Shown here one piece after another: positions 8,452 to 17,931 of a stretch of 64,000 nt of DNA. Every line of letters starts with the position of its first letter. The stretch's first letter is position 1. Origin of the DNA: Nitrospinales bacterium. GTDB taxonomy: Bacteria > Nitrospinota_A > UBA7883 > JACRGQ01. The notes beneath the pieces were generated by a model, which saw only the letters and a program-made list of their open reading frames with translations, was not told the DNA's origin and ran no database searches. The stretch spans positions 26,733 to 90,732 of the forward strand of contig JAHFEK010000002.1 in the NCBI GenBank assembly GCA_023248495.1, in the 5' to 3' direction. The translations under genes and the position numbers were made by a program.

Positions 8452-9897
8452 CTACTTTTTCTTCCCTTCAAACCATTTCGTCACTTTCAGGAAGTCCGTG
8501 AGGTTCGACAGAAAACGGAGCCAACTGTCGGGCGACCGCCAGATCATGGTGACGTAATCGAAGAGGACGTAAAAACGCTCGAAGTGCCTTCGGTAGAACT
8601 CGTTGAACCGTTCGTCCAGCCGCTCCTCGGTGAATCCGTTGGCGACGAAGACGACGTTGGTGCAATTCATCAGCTCCCAATCTTCATTGAACGTCCCGTA
8701 CTTCCGGATATCGGCGTAAAGGGGCGAGCCGGGGAACGGCGTGAATTTGGCCACGTTCATGTCGTCCAGCCGCAGACTCATCGCGTAGTCGATGGATTTG
8801 TCGATGGACGCTTCCGTCTCGCCGGGCAGGCCAATCATAAATAACCCTTTCACCCGTATACCCGCTTTGTGTATCAGCGCGACTTTTTCGCGGATCATTT
8901 CAAGATCGCAATTCGACCGGTGTTTTTTCAGCAGTTCAGGATCGCCGGTTTCGATGCCGAGGCTTATCATCCAGCATCCCGCCTTTTTCATCAACGTCAA
9001 CATTTCCATGTCCACATGCTCGGAGCGGGCGGCGCAGTTGAAGGTAATGCCGATGCGGCTTTCAATAAGGAGATTGCAGAATTCCACCACACGCTTGCGC
9101 TGAAGCGTGAATAGATCGTCGTAATAATTGATGTGGCGCACGCCGTAATTTTTGTTGAGATGCTCCACCAGCTTGAACATGTAGCCCGCCGAGTTGCCCC
9201 GAAAGCCGCGCCCGAAAACCGACCGGTCGCAATAAGAGCAACTGTAGGGACAGCCGCGGCTGGACACCACGCTCACGTTCGGCGTAAGGGGATAGTTGAA
9301 TATCGGCAATTTATACGCTTTCGGGAAACCTTCCAGCTTGTGATACGCGGGAAAGGGAAGCTCGTCAAGGTTTTCCATCTGGCAGTGTTGTCCGCCGCCG
9401 GAGAATACGATGTTGCCGCCGTCGCGATACAGCAGCGCCGGCACTTCGTTCAGCGACGTGTATTTTTCATCCATCAGGGCCAGCAGCGGCAGCTCCCCCT
9501 CGCCCACTACCGCATAATCGATAATGGGGTAATCCCTCAAAAGAACTTCGCGAAAGGCCGTGATATGCACACCGCCAAAAATAATTTTAATGCGGGGATT
9601 AATCCCCCGTATCAATGTTGCTATGCGGACGCCATCTTTAAAGCTCGACGTGGTGGTGGTTATCCCAACAAAATCGGGCGGATCGCGCCGCACGCTGTCG
9701 AGTATCCGGTCATCTTGCCCCGGAAAGGCGTAGCAATCGTAAATGGACGCCTGATGCCCGTGTTGCTCCACCCATGCGGCAAGGCTGCACAAGCCTATCG
9801 GCGGCATGATGTTGGCGATCCGGGCCATATCCGATTTACCGGGTTGCCAATTGACCCCCAGCGGGTGGATAAAGAGTATCTTCTTTCCCGTTTTCAT
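8452..9897 (-). CDS. B12-binding-domain radical SAM enzyme (class B)
   Basis: N-terminal Rossmann-like B12 domain (KILFIHPL...GITTTTSS...IIFGGVH) followed by SSRGCPYSCSYCD (CxxxCxxC). Confidence 0.85.
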   Translation of the reverse strand: MKTGKKILFIHPLGVNWQPGKSDMARIANIMPPIGLCSLAAWVEQHGHQASIYDCYAFPGQDDRILDSVRRDPPDFVGITTTTSSFKDGVRIATLIRGINPRIKIIFGGVHITAFREVLLRDYPIIDYAVVGEGELPLLALMDEKYTSLNEVPALLYRDGGNIVFSGGGQHCQMENLDELPFPAYHKLEGFPKAYKLPIFNYPLTPNVSVVSSRGCPYSCSYCDRSVFGRGFRGNSAGYMFKLVEHLNKNYGVRHINYYDDLFTLQRKRVVEFCNLLIESRIGITFNCAARSEHVDMEMLTLMKKAGCWMISLGIETGDPELLKKHRSNCDLEMIREKVALIHKAGIRVKGLFMIGLPGETEASIDKSIDYAMSLRLDDMNVAKFTPFPGSPLYADIRKYGTFNEDWELMNCTNVVFVANGFTEERLDERFNEFYRRHFERFYVLFDYVTMIWRSPDSWLRFLSNLTDFLKVTKWFEGKKK

Positions 9898-9922
9898 TTC
9901 AGCCGGTTTTCCTTGTGCGGCA

Positions 9923-11137
9923 TTATCCCTTGGCCTTCATTGTTTGCCATGCCCATAATACCGGAAAACAAAGAGCCATTGCCGCGATGCCGGTAAGCGC
10001 GCCCATGATGGGAAATCCAAGAAGCCAACTTTCGATAAAACGGTTGGCGAGATTCAGCGCGGACTCATGAAACATGGCCGTCATATCGGCGTAGGTGATC
10101 CACGAACCGTTCAGAATCCTCCACCCCAACTGAATGCTGCCGATGATGACAAACGGGCCGGTGATGGGATTGGAAATATTCGTGCCGATGACGATGGCCA
10201 GTTTGTTGAGGCTGTATCGGGAAGCAATGGCCAGGCCGATAGGCATGTGCGCGCCGAAAAAGGGGCTGCACCCGATTAATATACCCAGCGCCAGCGAGAA
10301 AGAGGCATTGAGGGGGCTTGAGCGCTCGCGCAGAAAAGCGTACCCCATGGCCTTGAGCATATTCCACGTGCCGGCCACCGGGGCCTCATCGGCAGAGGGC
10401 GCGGTTTCCATCCCGCGCGGCAAGCCAAACAGCGTGTCCAGCGTTTCAATGGCGAATCCCTTATCGCGCAGCCCCTGTATCAACGCGGGAAGATGCTCCT
10501 CCACCGCCGCGCCGTGGGCCTCGTTGGTGATGTAATGCCCCGCCACGTTTATCTTGGCGTCGTGTAAAAGAAACACGTCGCCGTTCCGTGCGTCCCCCAC
10601 CAGTTTGCGCACCTTTTCTTTTGTTAGTATCCCCCCTCCGCCGTCCACCGCCCAACGCGTCCAGCCGACGAACGCGAGACCCAACTGCCAGCCGACCAGC
10701 GCCTGCGGAGGCGTTTTGATGCCGACCGGCGGGCCATAGAACCGGGGAAAGTACCCGGTGATTTTTTGCAGGGAATTGCCGCCCGCCACAATCGATTTTC
10801 GCACGGTGTGCGGCATCCAATAAAAAACGCGCCATGAATGTTCATAGGTGTGGTTGGCGACCAGGTGGCCTTCCCGGTGCATACGCGCCACCAGTCCGGG
10901 ATTCGCCTCGGCGAAACGGCCGATGCAAAAAAAATTGGCCTTTGCATCATGCCGCTTGAGGATATCGAGCACCTGCGGCGTATAGCGGGGATCGGGGCTG
11001 TCGTCGAACCGCAAGGCGACCTGTTTTTTCCTGGGGTCGCCCCGGTACCAAGTCTTGATAAGAATGGAACTGTTGCGGTACATGATGGCCCACAAAAAAA
11101 CGGCGCATACCATCGCCACACCGGCTATCGTCACCAC
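9923..11137 (-). CDS. polysaccharide deacetylase (NodB-type) fused to DUF2062-like membrane domain
   Basis: NodB motifs RFDDSPDP...ANHTYEH. The C-terminal ...ALGILIGCSPFFGAHMPIGLAIA...IGTNISNPITGPF... resembles DUF2062. Confidence 0.7.
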   Translation of the reverse strand: MVTIAGVAMVCAVFLWAIMYRNSSILIKTWYRGDPRKKQVALRFDDSPDPRYTPQVLDILKRHDAKANFFCIGRFAEANPGLVARMHREGHLVANHTYEHSWRVFYWMPHTVRKSIVAGGNSLQKITGYFPRFYGPPVGIKTPPQALVGWQLGLAFVGWTRWAVDGGGGILTKEKVRKLVGDARNGDVFLLHDAKINVAGHYITNEAHGAAVEEHLPALIQGLRDKGFAIETLDTLFGLPRGMETAPSADEAPVAGTWNMLKAMGYAFLRERSSPLNASFSLALGILIGCSPFFGAHMPIGLAIASRYSLNKLAIVIGTNISNPITGPFVIIGSIQLGWRILNGSWITYADMTAMFHESALNLANRFIESWLLGFPIMGALTGIAAMALCFPVLWAWQTMKAKG

Positions 11138-11174
11138 GCGTCCTGTTTCCCTATTCCAGGATCATCGGCCGGCG

Positions 11175-12758
11175 CTACTGTACATGAAGCGGGTTAAGCG
11201 GCCGCGGCTTGAGGCATTGCGCCTGCGCCTCCGCCGATTGCAGCAGCGCCACAACCTTCTCGATATCTTCGAACAGCGGACGATCCTCCTTCAAGACGGG
11301 CGAGACATCCCTCAGCAGATCGTGAAATTTCCGGAAATCCTCTCCCATCAGGTGGGGATCGTTCCGCAAATCGGCAGCCTGCACCAAAGCCATCGCTTCG
11401 ATTGCCAGCAGTTTCCAAAGAATAGGCAACGTCTTCCGCGTCATCTTGGCGGCTATCGTTCCCATGCTTACGACATCCTGATTGTTTGCGTTGGTGGGAA
11501 TGGTCTGAATGGAAGCGGGGGTCGCCAGAATGCGGGCCTCCGCCGCCAGCGAGGTCGCCAGAAGCTGGCAGCCCATCATGCCGGAATTCAGCCCCACCGG
11601 GCCGCCCGCCAACAGCGGCGGCAGCCCCATGCTGTAGCGCCAGTTCATCAAACGCTCGGTTTGCCGTTCGGAAAGCAAAGCCATTTTCACCAAGCCAAGC
11701 CGCAGATAATCGCTCACCATCGCGACGTGCTGGCCGTAAAAATTTCCGCCATGAATGACCGTTTGTGAGTCGGGGAAAATTAGGGGATTGTCGGTTGACG
11801 CGTTCAACTCGCGCATCACGATCTGCTCCACATGCCAATACGCATCCTGAAACGCCCCCAATATTTGCGGAGTACAGCGTAGCGAGTATGGATCCTGAAT
11901 CTCGGTGCCCGGTTCCACCGGCTTGTGGTGGGTGCCCCAGTGGTGCTCATCTATCTCTTTCCGGTATTCGGGATGCGACCGGAGGTATTCCGTAATCATG
12001 GCGGCCGAGGCGTTTTGCCCGCGATGACCGCGCGCCTTGTGCAGTTGCTCGCACAGCACTTCCGGCTCGCCCCAGAGCGTCTGAAACAGGCACGATGTAA
12101 GAAACTCCATCCAGCCGAGAATTTGGGAGGACTCCACCGTCGCCAACGCCATCAAGCCCGTCATGACGGAGGTGCCGTTGACGAGGGCCAACCCCTCTTT
12201 GCATTGCAGCACAACCGGGGCAAGCCCGCTGTCTTTCAGCGCCGCCGTGGCCGCCACCCTTTTGCCATCAAACTGCACGTTGCCGAGACCTATCAACATG
12301 CGTCCCATGTGGGCCAGCGGCACCAGATCGCCGCTTGCGCCAACGGAACCCTCGCTTGGTATTTCCGGCAGGATGTTGCGGTTAAGCGCGTTAAGCAGCA
12401 GATCGACCACCTCTTCCCGGATGCCAGAAAATCCGCGGATAAGCGCGTTGGCGCGGGAAATCATTATCGCCCGCGTTTCCACCGGTGAAAAAAGCTCTCC
12501 CTGCCCCACGGAAAGGTGATGCAAAAGATTGATCTGATGTTGCTCTTGATCTTCTTCGGAAACGCGGCTTGCGCTCAACGGGCCAAAGCCGGTATTAATG
12601 CCGTAGACCGCCCGCGGCTCGCGCGCGATTTTCTCCACCAGTTCCCGGCTTCTCTTCATTGCTACACGGGAATCGGCGTCTATGCCGCACGGCACGCCGC
12701 GCACAGCCGAATCCCACACGCCGTAAATACTAAGTGTATGCCCGTCCAGTTTAATCAC
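11175..12758 (-). CDS. MIO-dependent aromatic amino-acid ammonia-lyase (HAL/TAL family; TAL-like switch residues)
   Basis: MIO triad in GSVGASGDLVPLAHM. N-terminal YGINTGFG. The selectivity-switch region reads NLLHHLSVGQG (His-Leu). Confidence 0.85.
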   Translation of the reverse strand: MIKLDGHTLSIYGVWDSAVRGVPCGIDADSRVAMKRSRELVEKIAREPRAVYGINTGFGPLSASRVSEEDQEQHQINLLHHLSVGQGELFSPVETRAIMISRANALIRGFSGIREEVVDLLLNALNRNILPEIPSEGSVGASGDLVPLAHMGRMLIGLGNVQFDGKRVAATAALKDSGLAPVVLQCKEGLALVNGTSVMTGLMALATVESSQILGWMEFLTSCLFQTLWGEPEVLCEQLHKARGHRGQNASAAMITEYLRSHPEYRKEIDEHHWGTHHKPVEPGTEIQDPYSLRCTPQILGAFQDAYWHVEQIVMRELNASTDNPLIFPDSQTVIHGGNFYGQHVAMVSDYLRLGLVKMALLSERQTERLMNWRYSMGLPPLLAGGPVGLNSGMMGCQLLATSLAAEARILATPASIQTIPTNANNQDVVSMGTIAAKMTRKTLPILWKLLAIEAMALVQAADLRNDPHLMGEDFRKFHDLLRDVSPVLKEDRPLFEDIEKVVALLQSAEAQAQCLKPRPLNPLHVQ

Positions 12759-12810
12759 TACGACTCCCTATGCATGTAACCTTGATTAACATCATCGAAT
12801 CATTAGAAAA

Positions 12811-12830
12811 TTGGCAAACGCTGATGCCAA
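12811..12830. promoter_or_regulatory. perfect palindrome TTGGCA-N8-TGCCAA upstream of the ammonia-lyase gene (candidate operator)
   Basis: It lies in the only sizeable gap (179 bp) within the cluster, about 55-70 nt upstream of the start at 12758. As a -24/-12 element the spacing is GG-N11-GC, one nt too long. Confidence 0.3.
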
Positions 12831-12937
12831 CGCCAACGATAAATTACTCCGCAGGAATATACCCCAAAACGGCGTCCGGCGGTAAAAAAACACCTCGCTG
12901 TCATGCGCGGGATTACATTTCGGCCTTCCCATCACAC

Positions 12938-15439
12938 TCAAGAATTATGCCTTTCCGCGTTGCCGCCAAGCGGGATTATCAAGAACACGGCCACCAAGCC
13001 AAACGTAACGCCCAGCAGCGATGTTATGCCTATCGAATGAAGGGCCGGATGGCGCGCGAAGGCAAGTGAGCCCAAGCCAAAAATGGTGGAGAGGGCCGAC
13101 AGCGTTATGGCGCCGCTCATATTGGCGAGATAGGCGCCACCTTCAATATCCACACGCTCGCATGCCTCCAACAAAAAAACGGCATAATCGCTCACCACGC
13201 CAAAGATGAGAAAAATAACAATGATGGAATTCATGATATCTATGTTTATTCCCAGCAGACCCATCATGCCAAACGTCCAGAACAGGCAGACAAAAAGGGG
13301 AACCATCAGCTTAACCAGCTTCGGGCCGCTCTTCTTTGCATAGAACCAAACGGCGATGGTGACGAATAAAAGAATAATTCCTCCCAGCCGCGCCATCTCG
13401 GCCTGAATAATGGTGACGATATGTTTCACAAACGACTTGCCATTGGTCACCATGGCGGAAGGAACCGTCTTTTCCAAAATAGCGATGACGGCTGGAGTGT
13501 CGCTGTCATCGGCCATTTTTAAGTTCGTCAATATCATCACCCCATCGGGCTTAACGGAAATCTGGTTGGCGGCAATCATCTTCAGGAATCCGGCGTTGAA
13601 TGCCTCCAGCGTAAGCGGCGGCATGGAGCCGGGAAAGGCGTCCAACGCTGGCATCACCACACGCGGCTGAATCCGCAGTTCTGCGCAAACCCCTTCCACA
13701 TCCTGCCTCAGCTTCACAAGCCTTTCCGGCGACCAGAAATCAGCCCACCTGCGCCTGTTGGCCTCCTGCGTGGCCTTGCCGGGGAACAGAAGCGCGATGG
13801 AGTTGTTGCCCGTTATCCGCCCCTCTTTCTGTAAAACGGCGGTTTTGGCGAACAGTATTTCGTTTTTTTCAAGCGCATCGTCCATGTCCTTGCCCAGAAC
13901 GACCGCAGAGCTGTCATCCAACGCCGCGCCGAACGATTTCATCACTATGTCCCAATCCCTTTTGGTGCCGGGCATCGCTCCGTTAAGTTTCTGCACATCC
14001 CCTTCTATTTTCAGCCGGGTCACGCCGAACAAAGCCACAAATGAAATAGCGGCAACAATTATCAGCAGGATATTTTGCCGCGTGGCCGCCAGTTTAAAAA
14101 AGGGCGGAAAAATGGTTTTCAGATTTAAAACCGGGCCGCCCTTTTGGGCTGGCGCCGGTTTGGGTATCAACAGCGGCAGAACCAGCAGGGCAAGGGAAAA
14201 AGCCCCAATGATCCCCAACGCCGCGAAAAGTCCCAACTGCCGGTAACCGGGAAGCACGGATAATTGCAGCGTCATGAACGCCAGAAGCGTGGTGGCGGCA
14301 TTAAATATCATCGGCCGTGATACTCTGTCCGTGATGCGCACGATGGCGCCCCTGTCGGCTTTTTCCGGGGGAATTTGATCCGCGTGAAACAAAACGTAAA
14401 TCCCAAAATCGACCACCAACCCTATCAACATCGCGCCGCATCCGAATGATATGGCCGATACGCCCGGAGAGATAAGAATGACCATGCCGCTGGCGAAGAT
14501 GCCGCCGAAAAAAGCCGGCAGCAAGGTGAGAACGGCCATCACGACGGGGCGGCGGTAGACCATGAGCGTCATGAGAATGATGGCGATGGATGAAATGCTA
14601 AGGGTTTTTACTATATCCCCCTTGATCATATCCGCATTGTCCAAGGCGAACCGGTGACTGCCTAGATAGGCGATGTGCAACCGCCCGGGTGACACGGCTT
14701 CGGCCTCCTTGGCGGCGGCGTCCGTAAAATCCACCAATTCCTTGGCATAAACGGAATCCGTTCCGGGCCGCGCGGGCTGAGCAAGAATAAGGATGTGCTC
14801 CATATCGCCGCTAAACACCCGGCCTTCGGCCATCCGAACCTGCCCGCCCATCGATTTGAACTTTTCCAGCTTCTTCATGAGAATCGCATCCATAGCCAAC
14901 GGATCGCGGTAAAAAGCCTGAGCAATAAACGGAGCCGGCGATTCGGCGAGCAGTTTTTTCCATCCCTCAAATGTTTGCCTGATCGATTCCTTGGCAAGCT
15001 TTCCTTCCAGCTCCGCACGATCCTCTTCGGTGAACAGGCTTGCCCGGCGTTCGCGGAGGGAATCGAGCGCGGCGGTGACATCGTCAACATCCCACCGGTA
15101 CTGAATTTCCCTAAAGTGGTTTGATGCGGACATCTTCGACACCATCGTATCGGCCGCCTTTATCAACTCGTCGCGGGAGGGATGCCCGCTTCCGTTTTCC
15201 GGCCCGACGTCGATGATCATGTATTCAAGGCGGTTGAAATTGGCTAAAACGGTTTTATATTTTTTCACCACGGCGTCCCCCGAAGGGACGAGATCCATAA
15301 CGTCCTCCCGCAGCCTTATCCCGGATGCCACGTACGAAAGAATGGCCGCGGCAAGAACAAAACCGGCGATGACCGGAATTTTTCGCCGGAAGAGCATTTG
15401 AAAAAATGCCGTCCCGTAGCCGCCCTTGTCCTCCGCCAT
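12938..15439 (-). CDS. RND/MMPL-family exporter
   Basis: 833 aa with two 6-TM bundles, each preceded by a large soluble loop. This is the exporter type found in aryl-polyene clusters. Confidence 0.75.
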   Translation of the reverse strand: MAEDKGGYGTAFFQMLFRRKIPVIAGFVLAAAILSYVASGIRLREDVMDLVPSGDAVVKKYKTVLANFNRLEYMIIDVGPENGSGHPSRDELIKAADTMVSKMSASNHFREIQYRWDVDDVTAALDSLRERRASLFTEEDRAELEGKLAKESIRQTFEGWKKLLAESPAPFIAQAFYRDPLAMDAILMKKLEKFKSMGGQVRMAEGRVFSGDMEHILILAQPARPGTDSVYAKELVDFTDAAAKEAEAVSPGRLHIAYLGSHRFALDNADMIKGDIVKTLSISSIAIILMTLMVYRRPVVMAVLTLLPAFFGGIFASGMVILISPGVSAISFGCGAMLIGLVVDFGIYVLFHADQIPPEKADRGAIVRITDRVSRPMIFNAATTLLAFMTLQLSVLPGYRQLGLFAALGIIGAFSLALLVLPLLIPKPAPAQKGGPVLNLKTIFPPFFKLAATRQNILLIIVAAISFVALFGVTRLKIEGDVQKLNGAMPGTKRDWDIVMKSFGAALDDSSAVVLGKDMDDALEKNEILFAKTAVLQKEGRITGNNSIALLFPGKATQEANRRRWADFWSPERLVKLRQDVEGVCAELRIQPRVVMPALDAFPGSMPPLTLEAFNAGFLKMIAANQISVKPDGVMILTNLKMADDSDTPAVIAILEKTVPSAMVTNGKSFVKHIVTIIQAEMARLGGIILLFVTIAVWFYAKKSGPKLVKLMVPLFVCLFWTFGMMGLLGINIDIMNSIIVIFLIFGVVSDYAVFLLEACERVDIEGGAYLANMSGAITLSALSTIFGLGSLAFARHPALHSIGITSLLGVTFGLVAVFLIIPLGGNAERHNS

Positions 15440-16146
15440 TATTGATCCTTGTCCGGAGACGGCAATAACCGCGCATCACCCGGCGTCACGTCTATTTTCA
15501 GCAGATCAATCCGCAACTGATACCCGTAACATCTGTTATTCACCACTATCCGCGATGGAAGCGGTTTTTCCCAACCGCGAAAAACCCGGTAGCCGGAATA
15601 AACCGCTTCACGCACCGGCGTTCCGTTTTCAACTTCCAGGGAGGACGCCAGAAAGCCGTCATCCGCAAAAACGAATTCGGATACGCCATTTCGGCCCTTG
15701 AGAATAAGACTGAGCCCGCCTTCCCGCCGCGAGGCAACATAGGAACCCTCAGGCTTCACCATAAACAGGTGTCGGACATCCCCCATTACACCGTCTAAAA
15801 GCGGGCCGGAAGGCATACCCGCGGGCTTTGACAAAATCTCACGCTTGCCATCCTGCTCGGCGAAATCGAACACCCTTCCCCCCATATCCCCAAAAGCCAT
15901 TGCGCGGTACCCGCCGTCTCTCTTTGCCGCGAGATAACCGATGAAATCATATTCCTTACCATTGATGGACAGAATAATGCGCTGTGAAATCCTGAACTCC
16001 GCCGGATATGGCGCAACCAGCGCGGCCATGCGAGCCTGTTCAACATCGGTGTTTTGCGCCGGGGGTTGAATTACATAACGGGGCGAGACGCAACCAAGGT
16101 CGGCAAGAATGAAAACGCAAAGGGCGGCGGCTATCGCGGCTCTCAT
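15439..16146 (-). CDS. lipoprotein (DUF3261-like, APE-cluster associated; tentative)
   Basis: Lipobox ILADLGC. Located between the LolA-like and MMPL genes with 1-4 nt overlaps. Confidence 0.5.
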   Translation of the reverse strand: MRAAIAAALCVFILADLGCVSPRYVIQPPAQNTDVEQARMAALVAPYPAEFRISQRIILSINGKEYDFIGYLAAKRDGGYRAMAFGDMGGRVFDFAEQDGKREILSKPAGMPSGPLLDGVMGDVRHLFMVKPEGSYVASRREGGLSLILKGRNGVSEFVFADDGFLASSLEVENGTPVREAVYSGYRVFRGWEKPLPSRIVVNNRCYGYQLRIDLLKIDVTPGDARLLPSPDKDQ

Positions 16147-16835
16147 TTGCCGGTGACGGCGGGGAGCAGCGGGTGGGCCAAGTCAAATATGCCGCGATCC
16201 AGCGTGCCGTTCTGCTCCTCGGCCAGAAACCGTATTTCAATATAATCGTCATGCGGCTCGTGAATGACGATCTTTGTCACATGATTCGTATTCCGGTCAA
16301 TTGAAAGCTCCATATCTTTAATCACTTTTGCAAGGCCGGCCGAAAGGGGCTTCAGGACGAGACGGCGGTCATTCCCCGGAATCACTGTAATGCCGTACAC
16401 CTTGTGAACTTTTTCGAAGTCGCCGTGCATGATGGCGAGAATCTGGTTTAACACTTCTTGCAGGACATCCTCCATTCCCAATTTCATCCGGACGTAGGCC
16501 CCATTTTCCCGGTTGAACTTCGCCACATACCCGCCGTTGAAAATAAGGATGGAGGAGAACGGCTCCGTGATTTCCCACCTCAGCTTGCCGGGCATCTCGA
16601 AATAAAAAATGCCCCGCGAACTCAGCACATCCAAGAAAATCGCGAGATGACGTTCCTGCGTAAACTCCGCTTTCAGCGTTTTGACCGATTGAAGGCTGGC
16701 GGTGATTTCCTTGATTACCTCGTCGACGCCGGGATTGACCGGATTCTTTGCGCCGCCCCCTGCGGCATGTGACATGGAACCGCCCAAGCAAAATAACGCC
16801 ACGGTAAAAATAATGGAGACAACCATTTTCTTCAT
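16143..16835 (-). CDS. LolA-like outer-membrane lipoprotein carrier protein
   Basis: Signal peptide. ...LQSVKTLKAEFTQERHLAIFLDVLSSRGIFYFEMPGKLRWE... matches the LolA pattern. Confidence 0.7.
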   Translation of the reverse strand: MKKMVVSIIFTVALFCLGGSMSHAAGGGAKNPVNPGVDEVIKEITASLQSVKTLKAEFTQERHLAIFLDVLSSRGIFYFEMPGKLRWEITEPFSSILIFNGGYVAKFNRENGAYVRMKLGMEDVLQEVLNQILAIMHGDFEKVHKVYGITVIPGNDRRLVLKPLSAGLAKVIKDMELSIDRNTNHVTKIVIHEPHDDYIEIRFLAEEQNGTLDRGIFDLAHPLLPAVTGK

Positions 16836-16845
16836 GGCGGTATCC

Positions 16846-17931
16846 CTATTGTTTTGAACCGGATACCGGGCGCCGGCCTTCCAGCGTTATGATGGAGCAG
16901 CTTCCGCCCACGCCGAACCCCACGCAATCTATCCCGGCATCGGCGGCGATAGGCGTGGCGGTTCTCTCGTCCTCCAACCGGTACACGATTCCATCGCGCA
17001 ACGAAAGAGCCGCAAAGGCCACATCAAAACCATTCCCTGCCGGCATTCCCCCATAGAGTGATGCATAGGCCACGACGCTCTTTTTCAAGCTTAGTATTGG
17101 CCGGTAATACTCCGCGGTCTCGCGAATGCCATTGGCCGCGATAAACACCTGTTCGTGGGGCAAGTCGGCCGCCGCGTCGAATCTGCCCACCGTGGCGGCG
17201 GTCAATCGGCAATAACTCCCATCCACGTCTCCCTTGCCCAAAAGGAAGGTAATGAAACCTTCACCAGGAACATGCGAACACCGGTCAAGGGATAACGGCC
17301 GCATCACGCCCGAACAACCGCCACGATTTAACGCCGCCGTCGAATACCCCCTCAAAGGGCAAAATTCGTCCCCCATGCCAGCCAGCACGTAATCCACCTG
17401 CCCCCCATGCAGCCAACCCATCGCCGTGGCAAGAACGGAGTGGGCTGTTTGCTCAAAAGATGTGACCGTTAAACAGGGGCCGTTGATTTTAAGCGCAATT
17501 GTCGCCTGTGCCGCCAACGCGTTATGCACTGAATTGGCAAAAAGAGTTGGGGACGCGAGCTTGTCGCCGTGATCGATCAAACTGTCAAGAAAACCGAATG
17601 TGGTTTGCATCGGGCCGTATCCGCTCCCGAACACGATACCGATCCGCGCCCTGTCCTCCAAAACCAAACCACCATCCTCGATGGCCAGAAACGATGCCAG
17701 AAGCGACATTTGACTCAAGCGATCCATTCGCCGAAGCGCGTTGCGCGGCAGAAACCGCTCAAGGCCGTTGATGGATGCGGTATATGCGTTGACCGCCGTC
17801 TCGCCAAAAACCGTGTCATATTTATGCGTCTCAATGAGCGGCGCAACACTTCCGGCAAGACCGGCCTTGAGGGATTCTACGCCACACCCAAGGGCGGACA
17901 CCGAACCAATACCCAGGATGGCGCAGCTCAT
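16846..17931 (-). CDS. beta-ketoacyl synthase-like protein lacking active-site Cys (chain-length-factor-like partner)
   Basis: KS fold, but GPCLTVTSFEQTAHSV aligns to GPAMTVANACSSGTDA of the adjacent KS, so Cys becomes Glu. 4-nt overlap with the upstream KS. Confidence 0.7.
   Translation of the reverse strand: MSCAILGIGSVSALGCGVESLKAGLAGSVAPLIETHKYDTVFGETAVNAYTASINGLERFLPRNALRRMDRLSQMSLLASFLAIEDGGLVLEDRARIGIVFGSGYGPMQTTFGFLDSLIDHGDKLASPTLFANSVHNALAAQATIALKINGPCLTVTSFEQTAHSVLATAMGWLHGGQVDYVLAGMGDEFCPLRGYSTAALNRGGCSGVMRPLSLDRCSHVPGEGFITFLLGKGDVDGSYCRLTAATVGRFDAAADLPHEQVFIAANGIRETAEYYRPILSLKKSVVAYASLYGGMPAGNGFDVAFAALSLRDGIVYRLEDERTATPIAADAGIDCVGFGVGGSCSIITLEGRRPVSGSKQ

Noticed and set aside
12811-12830. 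Reading the TTGGCA-N8-TGCCAA palindrome as a sigma-54 promoter.
   Set aside because: The spacing is GG-N11-GC rather than N10. It is kept only as a generic palindrome/operator candidate.
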